Source: Paraglomus brasilianum
Lineage: Eukaryota
Assembly: GCA_910592345.1 (NCBI GenBank)
Contig: CAJVPI010000060.1
Location: forward strand, 1-63,490
Direction: 5' to 3'
Length of the DNA: 63,490 nucleotides
Shown here: positions 1-11,072 of the stretch, one piece after another
How the letters are laid out: each line of letters opens with the position of its first letter
Position numbering within the stretch: position 1 is the stretch's first letter
Program-made: the position numbers and the translations under genes
Notes under the pieces: model-generated
Told to the model about the DNA's origin: nothing
Database searches by the model: none
The model's input: only the letters and a program-made list of their open reading frames with translations

Positions 1-130
1 TCACCAGAAGAGAAATCATTAACGTTTTTAGTAACTAAAGCATATTTACAATGATTATATTTAGTATACCATATATTCCGATCTGACATATGTCCGTTCG
101 GAATGGACATAAATTCTGATCTGACATACA

Positions 131-400
131 ACACTTCTATCCCAAATTTCATCCTGAGTTAAATTTTATTGGGGCACTGTTAAGAGATATACACGGCAAC
201 ACTTGGAATGGTTTGAAGAAAACTCTTCCATCTGCATTTAATTCGATTTCTCTGCAGACGATACGAAAATATGCAGTCAGGTCCAAATGATTTATGGATT
301 GCTATCGGAAGGGATTGAAAGGACCACAGGCAGAATTTGCTGTCAAAAAATATAAGAGTCAGAGGACTGTTCCTTATACGATTTTTAGAAATTTTAAATA
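131..400 (+). mobile_element. Tc1/IS630-like DDE transposase C-terminal remnant (frameshifted, internal stop)
   Basis: Translates to HFYPKFHPELNFI..WGTVKRYTRQH..TIRKYAVRSK*FMDCYRKGLKGPQAEFAVKKYKSQRTVP, the typical C-terminus of fungal Tc1-like transposases. Confidence 0.75.
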
Positions 401-473
401 ATAAAGATTTATTATGAGTGTATCAAGTAATAATTTTCCCTTGGAAATTGGAACAAAGTTGATGCGTGCTTGT

Positions 474-985
474 GTACGGAGCGTATTACATGAAGAAGGC
501 TACTTTGCGCGTGTTGGGGTAAGACAAATATTAAAAGTAAGAAAAATAGACTAATTTTGTGGGGATAAGAAGAACTGGACGGTTGAATGAAACAGGGTTA
601 TCTTCAGCGATGAATCTCAGTTTAAATTGTTTGATATTAACCATCTTAAAAGCGAGTATGGCGATTGCCAAATGAAAGGTATAGTATAGATTGTTTAATC
701 CCTACCGTCAAACCCTCAGCTGCGGTGATGGTATGGGGTTGTTTTGCACATGATTGTATTGGTCCTTTAGTTTTGCTGTAAGGTTCAGTCACAATTCAAA
801 GTACTTAGAAGTCATAGAAGAACATTTACCGCCCTTCACCGCCAAAAAACCGGCAAGAACTTTTTGAATTTTTGGTAGAAGAATGGAATAGAATCGAGCC
901 AGAAGTATTAGCAAATTTGGTAGATAGCATGCCACGGCGCATTTCTGCAGTAATAAAAGCAAAGGGCAATCCCACCTGTTATTGA
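474..985 (+). mobile_element. Tc1 transposase remnant (decayed, internally deleted)
   Basis: Contains VIFSDESQF (first catalytic D), VMVWGCF and the terminal LVDSMPRRISAVIKAKGNPTCY* motif, with stops and frameshifts. Confidence 0.85.
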
Positions 986-1001
986 TTATATATATAGATA
1001 A

Positions 1002-1201
1002 TACAAGTGAAACTCGATATAAGAAGCTCTCGATATAAGAAACACTAATTAAAATTTGATATAAGAAAGTTGATCTAAAAAATAGTCTATATGAAACTAT
1101 CTCTATATAAGAAAGTTACTAATAAACTCTCGGTATAAGAAAGATTCTAAGATTTTTTATTATGGGTCCCAATCACTTTCTTATATCGCGAGCCACTTGT
1201 A
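1002..1201. mobile_element. Tc1/pogo-type MITE, family A copy 1
   Basis: TIRs TACAAGTGaaaCTCGATATAAGAA / TTCTTATATCGcGAGcCACTTGTA with TA ends and repeated internal GATATAAGAAA; second copy at 8006-8150. Confidence 0.85.
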
Positions 1202-1548
1202 AATAACTTTAGTCAAGGATTAAATTTTTTCGTAACGTAATTTGTTAAGTAAAATTGTCTGATAATAAAAAGTAAAGATTTATCATATACATTTTTGATC
1301 AGCATACCATTTTCAGTTAGACATGAGAAATAGACTTTCTAATTAAAGCTTATACAGATCAGTAAACCTCTCTAAATACACGCCATCGGGAGCATTTAGA
1401 GAAAATAATCGTTTGTGCAACGAAACGACATTATTGCCAGAGGCAGCAAAAGTCTATATTAAAATAAAGATTCTGAATTTCATTTATGGCAAATTCAATG
1501 ATATATTTAATTCCTAATAGTTTGGTATTAATTGATACTTTCCTCTAA

Positions 1549-1702
1549 TACAGTCACCTCCTATCTATAGTCCCTTCGATAGTCACACCATATAAAACTC
1601 AGTCTATAGTCGCATTACCTCCAGCAATTTCAATAATAAACATAAAGAATTAACAGCCACCATTTTTTTTAAAAAAACTTCGATATGTGACGGTTGACTG
1701 TA
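1549..1702. mobile_element. Short TACAGTCA...TGACTGTA MITE (nested)
   Basis: Terminal TACAGTCA / TGACTGTA; the TIR match is degenerate beyond 8 bp. Confidence 0.5.
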
Positions 1703-1935
1703 GTTTCGTATTAATCTGCCACATTAAATGATAGCTTTTCAACTCGACATTATGTGTACTAAATTACAGTTATAGATACTTTTCTACCAACAGTCTGGAA
1801 AGTACACTTTTCGATTAAGTTTACCACAGATAGGCTTCTTAATCCCTTTTATGTTCGACAAGCGGCTGTATTAAAAGTACGCAGATATTAATTCAATAGC
1901 AAGAAATCAATCCTTTTTTTCTCCTTGGCACCCAG

Positions 1936-2323
1936 TACAATATTGTCGACTCTCCCTAAATGCACAACCGTGCACTTAGAGAATAATGCATTTACGGAGT
2001 GGTAACACATGCTCACGTGATACCATTATTATGTACACTTTCTTAATTCCGTTATAGTTTATTTGCAATTAACTTTATGGCAATATGCGTTTAACGTTCG
2101 GTAATACATTAAAGTAATACATTTGAATCAAACCGAATGTTGCAAAATCCTACCAATTATAATTTACCTGATGTATGACAATAACTATGTCTGCTTACTA
2201 AATTTATACTTAAAATTACGTGTGTGCATTTAGAGAATACACGTAATTCTCATATAGCCGGGATTGTCAAAATCCCTTGCACGTGCAGAATATAGAGTGT
2301 GCATTTAGGGAGAGTCGATTGTA
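1936..2323. mobile_element. Nested pogo-like MITE
   Basis: TIR TCGACTCTCCCTAAATGCAC / GTGCATTTAGGGAGAGTCGA with TACAA...TTGTA ends; related fragment near 5980-6020. Confidence 0.8.
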
Positions 2324-2840
2324 ATGCTTATTAGACAGGTTATGGCGAAGTACTGAATATGTCGACACCGAAATTTGCTTGTACATTTCGAACAAACAAA
2401 ATACAATTTTCGATTGATTGGCGTGTTAGTATTTCCTATTTAGACATTTCTTCGCAATAGCCTAAAATTGATCGAAGAGTTGGTTCAAGAAGTAAACAAA
2501 TTACTGGTACTACAACGGTAACCACAAGATAATTAACAAAGAGAATAGTAGTAATATAATTGGTCAATAGAAACGTCGATCACGTTAGGCAGCGTGCACT
2601 TAGAGAGGTTTATATTGATATGTTGGTGTAAGAAAAGTGTTCGTAAAGACGAATGTTGGACAGTTTAACTTTCGTACAATACTGCAATATTAGAGCAAAA
2701 TCTTTTATACATTTATCTAGCAAAAATAAATGGGAATCGTATTAGTAAAACTCTATTGTACATATTTACTATGTGGGTCACAAATAATTTTTGATATCGG
2801 TTTAAAGCTAATTGATTGTACTTTTCGAAATAATCATATA

Positions 2841-3160
2841 AATTAAACCCTCATATAGTCACCGCGGCGTTGTATGTTCAGGATGGTGACTGTAAACGTA
2901 TAGTAAGTAAATAAAACTACCAAGTGGTATCTTTGTCACAGAAAATATTAAGAACGAAAAGCAACTGCAATAAAAACATACTATGCAAGCAACCTCTTTA
3001 TTTAACCAAAGATTTTTGTTTCATTATGCAGTGGTACATAGTGCAGCAGTGGTACATAGTGCAGCAGTGGTACATAGTGCAGCGACAGTAAATCTTTGTA
3101 ATAAACTTTACTCTTCGAGCTAATTCGGTATTATTGTGGTGACTATATAAGGGGTAACTT
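2841..3160. mobile_element. MITE with an internal 18-bp tandem repeat
   Basis: AATTAAACCCTCATATAGTCACC / GGTGACTATATAAGGGGTAACTT imperfect inverted ends. Confidence 0.55.
3028..3081. repeat. Perfect tandem repeat, 3 x 18 bp (GCAGTGGTACATAGTGCA)
   Basis: Read directly from the sequence. Confidence 0.95.
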
Positions 3161-3217
3161 ACATATCAACATGTCATTCGTTCACCGCAAAACGATGATG
3201 GTGAGTATAACACAATT

Positions 3218-3275
3218 GTGACTGCGTGGAGGTGACTGCGTGGAGGGGACTGCGTGGGGGTGACTGTATTGGGGG
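3218..3275. repeat. G-rich tandem repeat, about 4 x 14 bp (GTGACTGCGTGGAG)
   Basis: Read directly; later units are degenerate. Confidence 0.85.
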
Positions 3276-5066
3276 ATGGCTGTACATTATTGATACGTTC
3301 AGTCGTATGAAAATCATGTGCCGCACATCCTTATTAATCCATGTAATACAACCTATTACGAAAATCATTTTCATATGTTTTATTAATCGATTACAAGTCG
3401 CACTCTATATTACGCAATAGAACATCCTAGCTCAGTTGAGGTAGTATATACTGTTTGTGATTGTTGTATAAGCCAAGAGTAATATTCCATATTAATGTAA
3501 TTAAAACTCCACAATAACAAGTAAAAACACGATGGGTGAGCGTTTTAGTAAATCGTTAGAACAACTGTTGATGTGAAAGACAAGTTTATTGGCCGATTTC
3601 CAAGCATATGTCTTAACAGTTTAGTTAGGTCTTAAATAGTTAACCGGAACATTGTCGTATACCGTAATATACAAATTTCTTCAATCCATAAAATAAATGA
3701 GAGAGTACGAATAATGCCTCTAACTATTGTTACCAACAAATTTTTGGTAAAATTTGCATTAACTGGTTAATCCACAGTTTTAATTGTATAGCGAAGAAAT
3801 TAACAGTCAGTAAGTCTAAAATTTAAGCCGTCATGTGGAATTGCTATACTGCATATCCTACAACAAAGACCTATTCTTATGAAATATTACGAAATTAAAC
3901 CTCTATTCTTTTGTGTTATTATTCTAACTACTAATCCTTAGTAGGTTGAAAAACGTGGTTTATCACTTGTACAACTTTCTCATTAGAGATCGTAACTTTA
4001 GTGTATTATTCTCTACAGCAACATTTACGTGTCTAATTTATTACGAGTCTCTTTTTTATTATATCAGAAGGAGAAAAGGTAAATTGTAACCTGTCTCGAC
4101 AGGTCTAAAGTGATTACGTTGGGAAATAATATGGGCTCATTGTTTCCTATCACATCACTTGAATGTACTTCAATATTTTTTATCCATGCTTTCCATCCAA
4201 CCACCTGATTTTTATCTTGTGGGACGCTTCCAGAAAAGAATAACTTTTTGATTGACGGCGACATTTTTCATTTTTTTCCCCGAAACACTAACCAGAATTA
4301 ATATTAAGCCGAAAAGCTTGCTGTACTGTTAAGAAAGCAAGAATAATCTGGCAAAACAATTCAGTTCTGGGCTTCTTTTTTTTGCAACATGATAAACCGT
4401 GGGAAACTCGTAAGATTAAACTTGACTGGGAATGCTTGAACATTGGAATTAATTAACAGAACGGAATACTGCATCACATCATAGATCAACATTGAGAATA
4501 CATGTGATTCGTTATTCGCATGTTCTAAAATTGTTCGTGTTACTCCTTGTGATTTCCACGCAAATCCTGCCACACAAGGAGCAGATCTCTTAATATTAAA
4601 CCTATTCTAAACCCATCCGCTCGCTATACGAATATATACTAAAACGAGACATATATTATCGGGGGTTATAGGCAGGCTTGTCAATTCTCAACTGATTAAT
4701 AAATCATGTGGAACATAAATCATATGGATCTTTAGGATTTACAAAATAATGATGACGGAACAATTACGTTGAATTGTCGACAATATTAAGGTAATTGTTC
4801 CTTGAAACATCATTTTCGCATTTCCTTGCATTTCCTTTTTTTTTTAACACGTGCAACATTCATGTGTTCAGCCGATATAACAAATGTAAGCAATTTACTT
4901 GGCAAGCAAAAAACACATAAATAAGGGAACATTTGGAAAACAATCCACAGGTTGTAGCAAAAAGTCACTGTATATTCTCCACATAATCAAAGCATCTCTC
5001 TACGTTGACGTAGAATTCATACATATCTCAAATAATCTCGTCTTTTCATTGTAATTAGTTGATTTA

Positions 5067-5675
5067 ATGGTATATACAATGCGGTTGACCACGTTTTACG
5101 CTATATTTCTGGCTCTCGTCTTGGCAGTGTACGCTAAAACCAGCAAGACTGGGTTTTGCGCTACATCTCCTTTCCCTCAAGTAGACGGCGTTCAAGTACC
5201 AGACAAGGCAACTTGCTCTTCCACTGCACTTGGTGAAATTCCCGATGTTGACAATATGGTCTCAACCCTCGTTCTCTTCCCAACGCCGGAGACGACAATA
5301 AAAGCAAATAAACCATTCACAGCTGCCGTGAAAGTGACAAACTTGGATTCCGGTTTTTTCCTTGACCCCGAACATAAGTACTACAAAGTTCCTCAAAGAT
5401 TGAATAAACAAGGTAAAATCCAAGGCCATTCTCACATTACCGTTCAGAAACTAAAGAACCTGCATACGCCTCCGGATGCCAGCAAATTTGAATTCTTTGC
5501 GGCACTTAACGGGAAAACAGGAAAAAACGGTCTTTTTAAACAAAAAGTTGATGGGTTAAGTGCTGGACTTTATAGGTTGTGCACTCTTTCTGCATCGGCT
5601 TCCCATGCTCCTTTGGTTATGCCAGTAGCTAAGCGTGGTGCACAGGATGATTGTGTTCGTTTCAGAGTAAAATAA
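5067..5675 (+). CDS. Secreted fungal protein of unknown function (intronless, 202 aa)
   Basis: Signal-peptide-like N-terminus (MRLTTFYAIFLALVLAVYA) and motifs GHSHITVQ, F.FF..LN, G.YRLCT, SH.P..MPVA.RGAQDDC, which I recognise from a conserved fungal family often mis-annotated as ribosomal protein S17. The start could be 5082. Confidence 0.85.
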   Translation: MVYTMRLTTFYAIFLALVLAVYAKTSKTGFCATSPFPQVDGVQVPDKATCSSTALGEIPDVDNMVSTLVLFPTPETTIKANKPFTAAVKVTNLDSGFFLDPEHKYYKVPQRLNKQGKIQGHSHITVQKLKNLHTPPDASKFEFFAALNGKTGKNGLFKQKVDGLSAGLYRLCTLSASASHAPLVMPVAKRGAQDDCVRFRVK

Positions 5676-6665
5676 TGTCCCTCTATTGAGTAGAGCTTAG
5701 TAAATATTTGTTTACCATTGTCTACGTAATAGTAATTCTAATATAATATTTTTGTGTACTTGTTGCAAAAAAAAAAAAAAAACATCAGTAAACTATAAAT
5801 TGTTACTAAAAAGGCCGCTTTGAGAACGAATTTTAAGATAGTAAAATGGTTTACGTGGCAATATCAGAAAAATCATTAAAATTTCATGTCTGGAAAAAAG
5901 CAAAACAAATATTAATTTGCCATTAGCCTTATTTTTACATTTCCAAATACTCTCCTTCCTAAACACCGAAAGTGCGGATCGTGCATTTAGAGATTATGCA
6001 GTAATAACACATGTTCACGTGTTATTACTGCATAATGATGTTGATTTGCGTGACTGAGTAATGAGAACCAATTAGTATTAGCAGTCAAAACTAATTATCG
6101 GTAATAAAATGGGAGATGTTATGCCGAAGGCAATGTAAGCTAGTTTCGTATTTTAACGAATTTATTATATGCAAAACCTTGCTATTGTTAAATAATTGAG
6201 TTGAGTATGGATTCTGCCGTTAATGTTTATATTGATAATTGATGTCGAGGCTTTTTTATTACAAAGAAATATCCGGTGTAGTGAAAAATCTTTGTTATAT
6301 AGTAAACAAAAAACCCGACAACATTTAATACGGTGTTATGACGTATTAAAAATATTGATCTACTGGCCCAACTGTGTTTGAATCAATTGCGATTTCTGAT
6401 AAACTATGCTTGAAAACTGGGCTTTTGTCAATCCCCGAGAAAACCTCCTTCGATACACCGTGTTTAAAATAAGAGAACAATAGTAATTTGGGAGGCATGG
6501 ATTATAGCACTGAAACGGCCAGCGTTGCTTGAAAAATCGTCGCCCTGTGCATTTACCACAACCCATATTTGGAGATTATCACATGGTTCACAAACAACCA
6601 ATAATAATCATTATTCTTGGAAACATGGATTTGGAAACGGCTCTTTTGCTCACTCGAAAAGAAAA

Positions 6666-7542
6666 ATGTCGTCACAGCGTCGGCCGCTGACTTCCCGTTG
6701 GCTAGGTATTCAGATACTCCGCACGAGGTTGCTCTAGTTAAGTTTCATCTCGTCGCAGCCGACTAACTTGTATTCAACTTTTCTCTACGAATTAGATCTT
6801 CTTTATTTCATTTACTTTACGACCCATATTCCAGCGACATTGCTTGTGGATACCAATGGACTTTTCTCCAAGTTATTTGACAAGCCTCCATACGTCCTCA
6901 CAGCTGCTGCAGATTACTATATCGAGACATATAACGATCCACTGTTTGTGGACAATAAGAAGACATGGTTTAGCGCCTTGTCGTATACTGAATTATTGAT
7001 ACAAACGCCCTTTTTCTTTTATGCTGCTATCGGATTATGGAAAGGTAAGCATCAAAACACTGAGCATTGGCGCGTTTACAACATACAGTCGACTGCCGAT
7101 AATTCGGCTCCCCATAATTCGACTTTCCCAGTAATTCGATCGCCTTGAGCAAGACCCGATTTTTTAATATTATTAAGTACGTTTGTCGTTAATTCGACTT
7201 GTACGTTAATTCGACCGATGACTCCGGAACGCGGGTGGTCGAATTAAAGGCAGTTGATTGTACAGTCTTTTTAATTTGGCTCATTTCTTTACCATTTGTA
7301 TAGATTCTCCCTCCATTAGACTTCCTTTCGTGGTTTACTCAACCCACGTTGTGACTGCAACAGGACTATGTATTGCTGAATTCATATTCGGCACGCATGA
7401 AAATGGAGTTTCTGATCAACAGAGGATGAGTCTGATTCTATTCTATTTGCCGTATTTGATAGTTCCTGCGATTTGTTTAGTGGATAGCTTCATGAAACTC
7501 AGAAAGTCAGAGGCAGTACTTTTGGAAAAGAAGGACGAATGA
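6666..7542 (+). CDS. TMEM97/EXPERA-domain (sigma-2 receptor/EBP-like) ER membrane protein
   Basis: Exons 6666-6705, 6796-7044, 7304-7542 (GT-AG) give MSSQRRPLTSRWLDLLYFIYFTTHIPATLLVD..Y..TYNDPL..ELLIQTPFF..YLPYLIVP and a C-terminal KKDE (KKxx ER-retrieval motif). Confidence 0.9.
7084..7262. mobile_element. MITE inside intron 2 of the TMEM97-like gene
   Basis: TIR TACAGTCGACTGCCGATAATTCG / CGAATTAAAGGCAGTTGATTGTA with repeated internal TAATTCG. Confidence 0.85.
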
Positions 7543-8005
7543 CTAGATGATGATGTGAAAGCATGGTATGATATGGGCATATGGCATGTGTTGGATGCTC
7601 TTATTCGACTTTGTATTAGAGTAAGTGTGGAGTGGCAGTTTTAGCGTGAGGTTTAACTTCTGGTGTTTTATATATGAAAATTTTAGACTTGTAAAGAATA
7701 GCCAAAGCCTCTGCTACCATTCTGCCAATTCAAAGCATACAGTATCCTGATGTTGACATGTAGACAGGATTGAAAAACGCAAATTATGTCGATTAGAACG
7801 TTGTTGAATCAGCAATTTGATCTTATTACACCATGGATGTAATAAACCAACCGAACTTGCCGCGATTTTCCAAGATACATGACAGTGCTATCAATTTTCC
7901 CTCGATATAGAGAAGGAAACTTGCTACGGATAATTGATAGCAAATTCTTTGCGTATATCGCTAAACGAATAAGGCTTTTTATTTCATTATTCATACAGCA
8001 ATTAG

Positions 8006-8150
8006 TACGCGTGGCTCTCGATATAAGAAACTTTCGATATAAGAAAGATTTTGCTGGACCTGATTTAAAATCTTATAATAAATAACTCTCGTTATATAAG
8101 AAAGGAATTTGTTGGGCCCGATCACTTTCTTATATCGAGAGTCACTTGTA
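8006..8150. mobile_element. MITE family A copy 2
   Basis: GTGGCTCTCGATATAAGAAA / TTTCTTATATCGAGAGTCACTTGTA; same family as 1002-1201. Confidence 0.85.
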
Positions 8151-8619
8151 CCATACTTTCGTTATATCTTTGTAACTGGGAAAGTGATCATAGACTTAGA
8201 TTATGAAACGGCTGTTATAATGATGTGTGCCATTAATTAAATAGTGTTTTTAATAGATGGATATGTGTATAAAGAAGGGTTTTTTGAGAAGATGCATTCA
8301 ACTTGTAATGTCGGATGGCCAGTATATTTGGCTTGGGAATCAACCTTTCCTTCTTACCTCTTTTTTCTCTCAGTCGTGCATGTGTAGGGTTTATCAGTTT
8401 GCATATAGAGACGCTCTGCTGGTGATGTTTCTAGTGCCACACTTTTGGCATTGACACATTCCTCCTACAGGGACGACTTTGACGTATAATTTATTAGCTT
8501 GCCTTACTTGGTTACGATCTGACTTGACCTCTCAAATCGATATTTTATTGCTTGTGTATATCACGAGAGTCACGTGCGCGAAATTAGGATGCTACATTGT
8601 TCTATCAACTGTAATTGCT

Positions 8620-9010
8620 TGTTGTTTTTAGCGTCTACTGTACATTATAATTGTGACATTTATGAGCTACCCTTGGCATGCGGGAAATTAACTTCTGGTA
8701 TAAATATTTGGTTATGCGAATGGTACACAGTAAAATCCGGTTTAGCGCCTACATTGTGAATTGATATTCTAATGACAGCATTAGTCTTGGCATGCATGAA
8801 CCTCGGGAAAATTTAATTTCAGCATTGCATATTTGGTATGCGAATGGTACACAGTAAAATCTGGTTTAGCAAAGTGCTGGCGGTTTAGCTTGAATTAATA
8901 TTCTAATGACAGCACTATTCTTGGCATGCATGAGCCTCGGAAAATTTAATTTCTAGCATTGCATATTGGTATGCGAATGGTACACAGTAAAATCCGGTTT
9001 AGCAAAGTGT
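8620..9010. repeat. Tandem repeat of about 130 bp, about 3 copies
   Basis: TATGCGAATGGTACACAGTAAAATC(C/T)GGTTTAGC recurs near 8713, 8837 and 8970; CTTGGCATGC also recurs. Confidence 0.9.
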
Positions 9011-9875
9011 TCCGTTCTGCTGGCTTTTTCCATGGAAGCGAATTGTTTACCTTTTTAAGATTCATCGAAAAACAGGTTGGCGATAAAATTAGGGTTTTTA
9101 CAAATAGTATTAAACAATTTAGAAAGTAACTTATAAACAGTTAATGTATTAAAAAAAACACACATTTAAAATGGTGAGGCACATTGTTACAATATGTCTT
9201 GCATTGTGTAAAAATTATTACTTTCCGGTTAAGTATTCTGCTCTCAGAAATGGTGACCATCGTTGTTGAAAAGTTAATCAATATCAATACAGTCTAACAA
9301 CTGCATAATGACATGAAATATCAATATTAATCTCAAACATATCATTAATCAATAATTTGTGTTCTCGTTTATGGTAACGTTTAAAGGTGTAAAAAGTCTG
9401 AATTACGGTATTTGCAAAAAGTGTTAAAGCATATATGCAATATTCTACGCATTGTCGCGCATTACTCAATCACAACAGATGTATATTTATGGTTACAAAA
9501 GTTAATGTTTGTATATCGATATTAGTTCTACAACATGCAAACGTTAAATAGAATTGTTACGAATCAGCAAAAGTCACATGGGGCGTGTGCCCAAAAAAGA
9601 CTTGTTTTTTTTTTTTTGAATAAAACCTTTTTTGAATCAGAGCGTTATTGTTTAAATTATCATTTCCGGAGAAACACTGATGTAACACGTTATATGATAT
9701 AAAAATTATTATACAGTTTTTATTCCGTAAGTAAAGTTAGCAGCATTATTTTACAGCTCAGCGCAACTTAAATTATTAGCTGGCTGGTCTATTCACATAA
9801 AAAATAATATTAAAAAAAATAACATTGCTCAAAAATAATACTAAATCTTAACAAAACTAATTTTGGTATATGTAT

Positions 9876-11072
9876 TCACACTACATTATCACGGGTTTCC
9901 GACTTCCCCTCATTCTCAATCTCGCCTGTAACATCAATAGTTTCTCTCTTGTTTTTGTAATGAACAATTACCAGACCAATGGCAATAAGCACCCACCACG
10001 CAATATATGCAAGAGTTGTGTCCAATGTGGCTACGTCTCTCCAGCCAAACAGAGCATGGAGAACACTCCAACCACTGTTCGTTTCGGGGTCACAGCATTT
10101 GGTATCCCACAGAACTTTTACGGGTCTTCCTGCTGCTTCGCTAAATTCGAACACGGCTCCTGAGAACAAGCCAGAGGAGATGAAAAATAAAAGTACAGTC
10201 ATAACGCCGAAGAAAATATTAAGAGACACAGCGTTTGATCCCCTGTAAATAAGATAGCCAACAGCAATGCCGCAAATAATCCCAGTGAAAACGGGGATAG
10301 GGAGACCAGATGCTGGTTTATCAAAGCCAATCTAGAGATGATAATTATATACAGTGTGAATTAGTCAAACTCATACGTGACCGTTCTCGCAGTGATATGT
10401 ATTTTATATAGCATTAGACTTACCCCAGCAATGAACACAAAGGATTCGAGTCCTTCTCTAGCGACAACAGTGAATGGGAGAAGGATCATAGCCCATTTTT
10501 CTCCCCTCTTATGTCTGTTAAGATACCGTTCGGTTGCATCATTCAGTTTTCCTTCCCATTTGGTCTTCCACTGCTTGACTCTTATCATACCGAATGCCAT
10601 TATTAACGTTACAATAGCGGCTAACAGTGAGAAGACGCCCTCTGTAATGATAAATGATGATTAAAGTTAGGCGTGTATGCTTTGACTATCGAAACGATAA
10701 CGTTTAAATAGTTACCCCATATTGCTTCACTATTTGCCCAGAGATTAGATGCAATTGTATAAAAAATGGCAACGAAGATAGCACCAAGTACCAATGTGAC
10801 AACAAGTCCAAGTGCAGTACCGATCCATATTTGTCTCTTTAATTTTTTTCTTAGTTGTGGGTTGTCTTCTGGGACGAGTTTGACAACAATACTGAGAAGC
10901 ACGGCAAGAATAACACAAGTTTCGGCTGGTTATAATATTTATGATCCAAGTTATTAGTTGATGAGGTAAATTAATTGTTACGGATTATGATTTTACTGAT
11001 TGATTAAATTATGTATTTACCAGTTTCCCTGAACAATATAAAGAATGCAGGCACGTCAAACAGATAAACCAT
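9876..11072 (-). CDS. FTR1: High-affinity iron permease FTR1 family, copy A (311 aa)
   Basis: Exons 11072-11021, 10925-10716, 10641-10424, 10331-9876 splice in frame. Both RExxE motifs are present (RETAE, REGLE), plus W..CCDP..GW and ALFGW. Confidence 0.95.

Larger units (their letters stand above)
1360..2617. mobile_element. Non-autonomous pogo/Tigger-like element containing nested MITEs
   Basis: Left CAGTAAACCTCTCTAAATACACG matches right CGTGCACTTAGAGAGGTTTATATTG as an inverted repeat. Confidence 0.6.

Noticed and set aside
3028..3275. Short direct repeats as a CRISPR-like array
   Set aside because: The units are adjacent with no unique spacers, there are no cas genes, and the context is eukaryotic.
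4064..4264. Possible LRR exon (LFPNVITLDLS)
   Set aside because: A single short motif with no further exons that I could reconstruct.
9870..10957. Plus-strand ORFs overlapping FTR1-A
   Set aside because: They are antisense shadows of the real minus-strand gene.
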